This document shows positions 36,860 through 46,590 of a stretch of DNA of 64,000 nt, piece after piece. Both the position numbers and the translations under genes were made by a program. A model generated the notes under the pieces. The model had not been told where the DNA came from and made no database searches. It was given only the letters and a program-made list of their open reading frames with translations. The DNA comes from Dimorphilus gyrociliatus (lineage: Eukaryota > Animalia > Annelida), in assembly GCA_904063045.1 (NCBI GenBank), contig CAJFCJ010000007.1:4037404-4101403 (forward strand). Reading direction: 5' to 3'. Numbering within the stretch: the first letter of the stretch is position 1; every line of letters starts with the position of its first letter.

Positions 36860-39597
36860 ATGATCCCAAAACATTTCCTTCTGTTTCAATTTCCATTGAC
36901 AATTTATTGGTATTAGATGCATATTATAATTTTATAATACAAGCTGTAGAGTTTCATTTGATTTTTAGTATCCAATATAGAACTTTAAAACAACTTAGTG
37001 ATGCTGCTGAAGAATTTAAAAGAAACAGTATGGCAAAACTAGCAGGCATACATTATGGTGTAGAAAAAGGATCCGAATTTGACTGGCAAAAGGTTAAATT
37101 TTATAAATACTTTAACACAGAAGACGCAAAAAAAGTATATAAAACGTATATATCAGAATATTACTTTTAGTGAGTTAAACACGAGATAATCTAACAAGTA
37201 ATTCTTTCAGAATAAAGTAATTTTCACTATTTTTACCAGACTACTTTTCTTTTTTTTAAAAAATACAATATAAAAACATTCCAACTGGTAAAAAGGTAAA
37301 AATTGTGATGAATTTTATATAGACATAGAAATGATAGATGGATAAAAGAATGGGAGGAAATTTTTAGAAAGAAACCTGAAAAAGTATCACCTTTTGATTT
37401 ATTTTCATGCTCATTTAATGCGTGTATTGATAAAGATGATTTATTCTCTTGTTCATGGCTATTGATTAACGAAATGTTACAAGAGGAAGAATTTGCTAGA
37501 AAATCATATAATCTGGATTTATTCAATGCATATTTGATACAATATCTTTGCCAAGATAAAAGGGATAGTGTCGATACTGCAGATTTAAATGATAGCTGTT
37601 TTGACCCTTGTAGAACTAATGAAGAGACAGGGAAAAATCAAGTAGACACTTAGTATTTTACAATCTACTGCATGTTATTCGTTTTTCATTCAATTTATTA
37701 GTGTAGTGATATTACAAATGCCGAATCTACATGTAAGAAAATCAACAAAGGCATATATACAACTGATTATCACTGTCAATGTAAAGACAATTACGATTGG
37801 AACATAGTTTTAAAGACATGTCAAGTTGTATCCCATTTTTGCTCGAGGAGCTATAATGAGGGAGGCTGTTTTCGCGAAGGATTAATTCTCGAAGGCAAAG
37901 ATTGCCTAGAGCCTAACGAAGATCCTAATGATACAAGCGAAATTATGTGTTATTGCAATGCGCAATATGGTGGCCGTTTATGTGACAGGAAGAAAAACGC
38001 CTGTGAAGAGAAAATTCGTCCAGAGTTTGTAGCAGGAAAAGTTGCTTGCGGCGACTATGAAGGTCTAATTGTGTGAGTTTGAAAAAATAATATAAGTTTT
38101 TATTTTTTATTTTCAAGGACGAGGCGAGTGTCAACTTAGGGAGTCGAGTGATATTGGCTATTTTTGCAAATGTGCCAGCAATAGGGCATCTGACGCCGGG
38201 GTTGGTTATCCAAATTGCTATCAATTGACAGATGCATGCAGTAAGAATCAAGTTCAGTGTCAAAGGGGGCAATGTACGGCATCTCCTGACGGAAGTAAAG
38301 CTTATTGTCAGTGTGATCCAGGATTTATAGGCCCCAGATGTAGTATTGCTTTACCAACTTGGCTATCCTGGAGTGAATGGGATCAATCCGAATGTACGCC
38401 TATTTGTGGCGCCGTAAGAATTAAAGTCCGAGTTCGAAAGTGTGGTTCAAGAATATATTATAAAGGGTATTTCTTAGAGTGTCAGGGTGATTCTAGACAA
38501 GAAAGAAGATGTGCAGTAAAGTATTGCCGGTAAAAAAAGGCAAAAATAAAAAAGTCTTATTTAAGTTTCTTTTCCAACAAGTTAACCTTTTCAGGGTTAA
38601 TGGAAAATGGAACGATTGGGGAGGATGGAGCAGATGCTCTCGACGTTGTGGAAATGGTGTGAAAAGAAGAAGAAGAGCTTGTTTTTATGCCACAGAATAC
38701 GATCACGATGATCTCTTTGGCGAAAATTGTCCTGGAAAAGGGACTGAGAGAGCTAGGTGCAATACATTCCGTTGCGCACCTAATCAAATTACGGAAGAAT
38801 TTTTGGAACCGCCCTATTATCCTCCAGATATTAGTGGATACCTAGACTGGTCGTCTTGGAGTAATTGTAACGTGTATGATTGCGGAAGCGGTATTAGAAT
38901 TATTTAAAGTCTATTTAATACTTATGTACTTAAAAATCTATATTTATAATAAATACCTTTAGGTCGGCGTGTGAGAATTAGAAGATGTAAATTTGGTGCT
39001 CGGCTCTGCAAAGGTGAAAACTTTGAAATTGATAATTGCTTTAAGAAGTGTCCCACTAATGAAAAATCTTATGACGAGTGGAACGAATGGTCTAGTTGTA
39101 ATAACAAGGAAATATATTGTACAAGGAACAGGCAGTGTTCATATGAATCTTGTTTCGGTAGAACTACACAAACAGCGAAATGCGTAACTAAAAAGGATGA
39201 AAGTAGTAATTACAAAAGAGTTTGTAGAGGAGAAATAATGGATCATCCAACGTGGTTGGTAGGAAAGATGATGGGTACGCACTGGCTTAAAATATTCATT
39301 GATTTTAATAAAGAGTTAAATGATTCATTCGTTTTGGATTGGGAAGATGATTTAATACAAACTGCAAGATTACTGCCAGAAAAGACAACAGCGAAGGACT
39401 TATTAAAGAATATAATTGTAATAACTTTAATAATAGTATCAACGTATACAATTTTAGCATCCAGTTTCTTTATATTATTGTTTATTTTTATAAGAAGATA
39501 CTTAAAGGACGTACTCTTTGATTTGGAAAATAAAACTGAGAATTTTACGGCTATTGACGAAGATGATGATGACGAGAACACACGTTTGTTAACTTAA
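36860..39597 (+). CDS. Type I membrane protein with several EGF-like and about four thrombospondin type-1 repeats (5' exon structure uncertain)
   Basis: EGF-like modules (CQRGQCTASPDGSKAYCQCDPGFIGPRC), TSP1 repeats (WSEWDQSECTPICG...R.RKC; WNDWGGWSRCSRRCGNGVKRRRRAC; WSSWSNC; WNEWSSC), a TM helix IIVITLIIVSTYTILASSFFILLFIFI and an acidic tail ending ENTRLLT. I could not join exons 2-3 (about 37170-37240) without a stop codon. Confidence 0.75.
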
Positions 39598-39923
39598 AAA
39601 TAAGTTGGAATTCGTGTTTATTTTCTTTTTGAATTTTTGAGAATTTTCGTATTTTTTGAGAAAATAAAATTTTCTAGACTTTTTCTGAACTTTAATTAAT
39701 AAATTTGGTTGCTTTTCGTTTAAATTTTACTGGACTGACTGGTTACCTGGTGGTGAATGTAGAGGGCGCTAAACCTAGCTTCTTTCCTTTTGTATCCGGT
39801 GTCGCCATCGTAGCACGCCATGCGAGTCAGGGGAAATCTTTTAAGATATTAACGGTAATTGTTTATTATAAATGGTTCTTCAAAATTAGACTTATTGAAA
39901 CTGACCTACAAAGGCTACAAAAG

Positions 39924-42902
39924 ATGTCGCGCATTATTGTAAAAAACTTACCTAAAAACGTAAGTTTTCGTCATATACAAAATTTATGTTATCGCTCAAT
40001 ACCACAAACCACGTGGTCGTTCAAATTGCATAAAAATTCAAACTTCTAGACTTTACTCCAGCTTTATAAGTATTTATATAATGCGCCAATGTTTTGCAGA
40101 TCAAAGAAGAGAGGTTGCGGAAACTTTTTAGCGAAAAAGGCGTTATAACCAATTGTAACTTGAAATATACCCCGGATGGAGTTTTCAGAAAGTTTGCGTT
40201 TATTGGCTACCAAACTGACAGTGCAGCCAATAATGCCATTAAATTCTTCAATAATACCTACATAGATACCAATAAAATTGTCGTATGTATATACTACGTA
40301 ATGTAAAAATTTTATCTTTATGATTGCGTTTTCGCAGGTTGAATCATGTCAGAAATTGGGTGAAAAGTATAAAGCGCGTCCTTGGAGTAAATATTCTAAG
40401 GGGAGCTCAGCTTATAAGAGGCTTCATCCCGATGAAGTTGATCATACAGAAGAAAAAGCTAAATCATTCGAGAAAAAGGTAATAATCGAAGCCATAATTC
40501 ACTGGCTATTATACTTATATCCCGGTAATTAAGCCGGCGACTGTCGTCTGATTTGCGGCAGTAGCGACATACGCTGGGTATAGAAAGTGGTAATGTGTGT
40601 AGGGTGGATATTCAAACACCGGTATTCATCCAAGAATTTTATCATACAAACTTTCATATTGATAGACTCATTACTTTTGAGAATACTAGCAATAGATTTA
40701 ACTGCTTTTTTTTATTTATAGGCTAAAATAGAAAAGATTAACGTTGTCGGCGAAGTAAGTAGCAATTGCTAGATATAAATATATTTATATTAACACGCAT
40801 TTTATTTAGCTAGACAAAGATGAAAAATTCAAGGAGTTCGTTTCCCTACATCAGAACCTTTCTGTAAAACCGTCATGGCAAGATGACGGAGTGACAGTAA
40901 ATAATGATGGTAAAGATATAGCATTTGAATCTGATGACGATTCAGATGAAGAAAGTGGCCATAAAGAAAAGAAAGAGAAAAGTGAAGATGAGCCTGAGAA
41001 AGAAGTAGAAGAAGACAATGAAAAACAACTAACGACTGAAGAGAGAGAGAGAGATAAAGTTAATCGGGTTTTACAAGTAAGGTATTCTACATTATGTATG
41101 AAATTTTAATTTACATTATCTCACAATTTACAGACCAGCAGACTATTTGTACGAAATTTATATTATGATTGCCAAGAGGATCACCTGAAAGATTTATTTT
41201 CCGTCTATGGTCGGTATAAACTAATTCATCACTTAAATGTTAACTATAAATTTTAATTTTTTTTGAACAGGTGAAGTTAATGAAGTTCACATGCCGGTTG
41301 ACTTTAAAACTGAAAAATCTCTTGGGTTTGCTTTTATATCATTTACATCTGCAGAAAATGCAGTGAAGGCCATGACAGAACTAGATGGGTGTGATTTTCA
41401 GGTAACTATACGAAGCTTAAATTATTGCTTTTAGGTAATAAGATTTTTGTTAACAGGGACGTCTTTTACATATATTACCGGCTGAAAAGAAACGTGATGA
41501 CGATGGCGTTCCAGGTATTTAATTTCAAATGAAGGATTGACTGTTATAAACATTTTTATTGTAATTCTCAGAAAATTTGACGTATAAAGCGAAAAAACTC
41601 TTGGAAAAGAAACAAAATGCTGGAAGGTTCCGTATGTTTAAAAAATCCTTTTTAAGTTTCTGACAAACTGTCTTCTCAAATTTAGTGTTCATAACTGGAA
41701 TGCGTTGTTCGTATCACCCAGTGCAGTTGCCGACGTAATGGCCCACAAGTACAATGTCGACAAAATGGATGTTCTGGAAGATGTAAGAATCGCATAAACA
41801 TAATACAGATACATATAAATTGATGGTTTTAGACAGGAAAGGACAGCCTTGCCGTTAGAATGGCTCTAGGGGAAACGGAAATTGTCGCAGAAACTAAGGA
41901 TTTCTTGATTAAAAATGGTGTAAAGATTGATATATTTGGAAAGGTATACATTTTATAACCACGCCATTGTGTATTAATTCGAAATGTATATATGTACAGC
42001 CTGAAACTAAACGTAGCGAAAGAGTTTTGATTGTGAAGAATTTATCTAGCGGAACAAGGAGAAAGGACATTGAGAATATGTTTGAAAAATATGGAGATAT
42101 TGAAAGAGTTGTTATACCACCGTATGGTTTAACAGCGTTAGTTATGTTTCGTTTGCCTATTGCCTGCCGTAATGCATTCAGAGCCATAGCATATAAAAAA
42201 GTTAAGGACTCTCCAATATACTTGGAAAGAGCTCCCTTTGGTGTTTTCGATGAAGATATTAAACCAGTGGTCGAGACCGAAGATAAACCTAAGAAACGAA
42301 AAAAGAACAAAAAACACAAAGAAGAGGAAGCGGAAAGCGAAAAAGTGGATAGCAACAGTAAAACCGAAGAAAAAGTAACGGCTCCAGATCAAAATAAAGA
42401 AGAAAAAGAGTATGTTGATTTGATACATTGTTTCAAAGCACATTGATAATTTATTTATTTATTTCTTCTCCTCAGGAAAAAATCTATAAATAAGAAAAAC
42501 GTTGAACATGTTACTGGAAAGATAATTGTTAAGAATGTTCCATTTGAAGCGACTCAAAAAGAAGTTCGAGAATTGTTTAGGTAAATGAAGAGTACTTTAT
42601 AAAATGAAAATAATAATCGCTTCTATTTATTAACAGCACCTTTGGAGAACTGAAATACGTGAGGTTACCTAAAAAGGTATCGGGAGGTCATCGGGGCTTT
42701 GCATTTATAGAATATATTTCCAAAGAGCATTCAAAGGTAAACAAATTTTAAGTATAATATTTAACTATCAAAATGGAATTTAATGGAACCTCTGTTTACT
42801 TATAAAATAAAATTAATTTTGCAGAAAGCATTTGAAGCACTTGCGACGAGTAGTCATATTCTCGGCAGACGTGTTATTTTAGAGTGGGCGAAAACTGATT
42901 AA
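39924..42902 (+). CDS. RBM19: RNA-binding protein 19 (Mrd1 orthologue), apparently only four RRMs
   Basis: MSRIIVKNLP...FRKFAFIGY...RPWSKYS, RLFVRNL...QGRLLHILPA, HNWNALF...LAVRMALGETEIV, RVLIVKNL and KIIVKNVPFEAT...HRGFAFIEY...GRRVILEWAK. Confidence 0.95.
40515..40651 (+). ncRNA. SNORA70: Intronic box H/ACA snoRNA, SNORA70/U70-like (predicted guide for the 18S rRNA position equivalent to human Psi1692)
   Basis: Two hairpins, H box ATAGAA (40580-40585) and ACA at 40646-40648, 14 nt after the upper stem. The 3' pocket arms GTGTGTA and AAG pair with the conserved 18S sequence CUU-U-G-UACACAC. The 5' pocket AATTAAGCCG is identical to my recollection of human U70. It lies in a 243-nt intron, about 70 nt from the 3' splice site. 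Confidence 0.8.
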
Positions 42903-44428
42903 ATATTTGGCTGTTTAAATTCAAAGTGTATATAGAGTACATGTTGTGTAATGTTGTATGCGATTTCATGCAGAATAAATAATATCGATTTGTTAAATAA
43001 TTGATGGTTTCAAAATTTACATTAAAAATATTAAAAAATATGCAAGTAGGTAAAAACTGTTCTGTTAGCAGCAATTGCTTTTTATAGCATCGACTATTGT
43101 GATACAAGACTATCAGTCTTTCTTAGTGCTTTTAAAAATGTTTACAAGAGTAGAACATATGAATAACCAATTCGGCTATCCATTAATAACGACGACACAT
43201 ACATAAATATAGGTAAGCAGAACGATAAATTATGAATATATATGAATTGAGCATTATCGGATTCACTCAATAATTATATTTTCGACTAACTGAACAAATT
43301 TTTTATGATGCACTCTCTAACCCTATTAAAAAGAAATGCATATGGACATGTATAAAAATAAATGTACTAACCAAAGAGTATAACAAATAATCGTAATAAG
43401 CTGGATTATTGCAATAAATCAGTTTACTATTTGATTAAGCATAGTAGTTTTATAAGTGGAAAACTTTTTTTATTATTCCCAATCAATTGATTAGTCACTA
43501 AAAAAAAACATTGGAGAGTGCGGATGCAAAATAGTGGAAAAAAGTCATAGTCTGCAAAAAATATAGAATTTGTAATTTCCGTAAGAGATACCGAATTTGA
43601 TAACATAATCAAACTTTAATCGTTTCATTCAATTATAAACACAGTTATATCCGATCATTTTTTATATAAATAATTGTTTAATTCATCTCAAAGATTGGAT
43701 TTTTTTAAAGCTACGACAACAGCAAACTAACAATTGCTATTGGCGTATTTTAACCCCAGAGGTATATACGGTTTCACTACGATAGACAAAATATATACTG
43801 TATATAGTAATCATTAATTCCGTTCCACTTATTACAAAATTCCCTTGTATTTTGCTACCTTACGCGAGCTAATAGGGTTGATGAGGGATTGATGACAGGT
43901 GGGAAATCTTTTTTCCTCCACTCCGTCTCCTTCGCACCTCCCAACTTGTAATACGCCTATGGAATAAAATCATAAACACATTGTCCTCTATTCCCTATTA
44001 AATTTTAGTATAATTAGGCTTATATTGTTCCTGCGTAAGAAAATTGTATCTCCTAACTTTATAAGGATATAAACTAAAGGCAATTTTTTTGAAGGGCTGC
44101 CAGATGGCGCCAATTGTATTCGAATGTGACTGTGCAACGAATAAGTTCTACTTTAAAGTGAAAGAAACAAAACAAAGGTCGAATAATTAAGAGACAGAAG
44201 AAAAGTAGTAGTACTAGTAGTAGTAGTAATAGTGGAAGGTGTTGGGATGAACATACGGAAAAAAGTAGGTAGACTCTGCAGCCAGATGACTTTTAGGATG
44301 GAACGAATAAGGAAATATAATAAAGCTCTAATGTTTATTCGAATGGTCTGCCTCATTTCGTCCTCTTCCGATCAACGGTGCTGTTTATTTACCTGGATGA
44401 TAAAGGGAAGGTAAGAAAAAGGCGAAAT

Positions 44429-44785
44429 TCAATCGGTAAGTATATTATATTTGTCCCTACCTCCTTTCCAGCAAATGTATGGTAAGAATTTTCCTTGCTT
44501 ATTTCTCCTGAAACAGAATCCTTGCCAGCGTCCTCTTTTGTCTTTTGATGGTGCGCTTAGAACAGAGCCATCTAATTTATTCTCGTTAACCAATTCGACA
44601 ACAGAGGAATAGACGAAGTTCTTGAAATTTGATAAGAGATCTTCCCTTGTGTCCAACCAGGTAGCTCTTGATTCGTCGTCTTCCGTTTGAGTTCTTTTAA
44701 ATTGTTGACCTTCATCGGCGGTTTGTAAACTCATCGAAGAAACGGCCACGACGAAGACAAGTAGTAGAAGTGCTTTCACGTACAT
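44429..44785 (-). CDS. Secreted proneuropeptide-like precursor carrying a C-terminal disulfide-looped cationic peptide
   Basis: Signal peptide MYVKALLLLVFVVAVSS, two KR convertase sites, an acidic spacer, and a terminal GRWQGFCFRRNKQGKFLPYICWKG-GR with two Cys and a possible amidation signal. Confidence 0.75.
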   Translation of the reverse strand: MYVKALLLLVFVVAVSSMSLQTADEGQQFKRTQTEDDESRATWLDTREDLLSNFKNFVYSSVVELVNENKLDGSVLSAPSKDKRGRWQGFCFRRNKQGKFLPYICWKGGRDKYNILTD

Positions 44786-44932
44786 GTTGTCAACTGGAAT
44801 AGAAGGGAAGCAGAAAATATTTCACCTTTTCAAAACAATTTCCCGCGGGAACACTTTCAACAATCGGCGACGAAATTGAAAAAAAATTCTAGAGCTTGCG
44901 CTAATATATCATTCTAGGGCCGGACACTGAAA

Positions 44933-44952
44933 CTTTTATAAAAGTGACGTCA
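44933..44952 (-). promoter_or_regulatory. CRE plus TATA box promoter of the peptide precursor gene
   Basis: Minus strand reads TGACGTCA-CTTT-TATAAAAG, about 150 bp upstream of the ATG. Confidence 0.65.
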
Positions 44953-45640
44953 TGTGAGCTCAATGTATGGCTGCTCGGCACGCCAACCGCAAAAGACGTC
45001 GCTGTAGTTTTGATTAACGAGAACGTCAATAAAGCAAACCACAGACTCTACTCTTATACAATTTACTTACGGAATTAGACCTTTTATTGTATCTAGAAGA
45101 ATTATCTTTGAACTATGTCAAAAGAGTTACTTATTCATATCTCATACTTTGTTTGTCATGTAAAGGAAAGACTGTAGGACTATACTATCGTTCCAATTAT
45201 AATACAATCTAAAACAAATCATATATATACATATACATATAAACTATGTATACTTTTAAATAGGATATATATAGATATATACCGCATATATTTATAATCA
45301 TATATGCAATACATTAGTCGCGGTTGCTCAACTTTCTGCAACAGGACGAATTGACTTATTTATGTTGAGAGCATTTTTATTACTTTTTCATATTTTATAT
45401 AGTGAAATACATGAAAAAACTCGTAACTTCCGGTAAAAAGGGAAGGCCACCGTAATTGAGAAAGATTTTTCACTGGGAACTTTGCTTGATTCTATTTGAC
45501 GAGTCTAATTTTAGGTAGTTTATTCCCTGCCCCTCGTCCCTCCCCCCTCCTTTCTTTTTCTTTTCTCTTTAACTAAACTACCTAAATACCCATCCTCCTC
45601 TTCCCTCAATCTTTAATACTCTCAGTCTTTCATTTTATAT

Positions 45641-45700
45641 CTTGTACGCCTGCTTTGTCAAATACTACAAACGCATTTGACAATCGCAGGCGATGTAAAG
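45641..45700. other. Pre-miRNA-like hairpin (candidate)
   Basis: CGCCTGC/GCAGGCG (7 bp) plus TTGTCAAAT/ATTTGACAA (9 bp) around an 11-nt loop, extendable with G-U pairs. I recognise no known miRNA family. Confidence 0.3.
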
Positions 45701-46538
45701 CAGTTCTTTCGAATAAAAAATTCATGCTAATCCGCCACGACGTTTTAGATCTAGATCGGATTCTTTCTTTCGAATCTCTTGCAACATCTTCTATCCTCAG
45801 GCAAAGGAGCAATAGTAATAATAACCAAGAAAAAAACGAGAAAAACAACTTAAAATATTTTTGGAAATATTTTCTTTAATGTTTTTTTTTTTAAAAAAAA
45901 ACATCAAAAAAAGAGAATAATCTTAAAGGAGAAATACATGCTTTTCCTTAAAAAGTTACAAACCAATTCCTATCTATAACGTTATTGAGCTCATATGGAT
46001 ATTAAATATTTTTTTTTTAAAAAAAAGTTATATAAGAGTCATCTACATATGTTTGTGGGTGAAAATATCATTGAAGTGTAAACATTCGATGCTAATGTCA
46101 ATATTCCATATGCACTTCTTTATTTACACAACTTCAGATACAATGATTGGTCTTAATGGCTACCAACCAGGATTTATAGATTACTACTGATAAAATACCC
46201 TCTCTTTTCAACTCTCTATTATAGATTAATATTTACCTCTCAATAACTTTTAATGGGTTTATAAAGACTACACCCTTTTTGTTATTAATGAAAATAATTT
46301 CCCTTTTCTCTCCCCCTCTCCCTCCTACTCCGTATGTTATCCCTCTCTCTGTCTCTCTTTTTTTTCCCGTCTTGTCTGAGTGTTTCTTTCTTTCTCCATC
46401 TCTATTGGTTTTTCTCTTTTTATTCTCAATTCTATTTAATAATGATATAAATATCTGTAATTAGACGGAAGTTGCTTTTTTATTTATTCTATTTATAGAA
46501 AAGAAGAGAAGGGGAGAATAAGAGTTTGTGAGTGTGTA

Positions 46539-46569
<31 letters not shown>

Positions 46570-46590
46570 AAGAGAGAAAGAGAAAAAAGA
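46539..46590. repeat. Compound (TG)n(AG)n microsatellite
   Basis: Directly visible. Further GA/TC runs at 47701-47716 and 48726-48748. Confidence 0.9.

Noticed and set aside
44153-44414. Overlapping ORFs 44153..44356 (-) and 44232..44414 (+)
   Set aside because: Low-complexity (TAG/CTA repeat) translations in the probable 3' UTR of the peptide gene; no signal peptide or motif.
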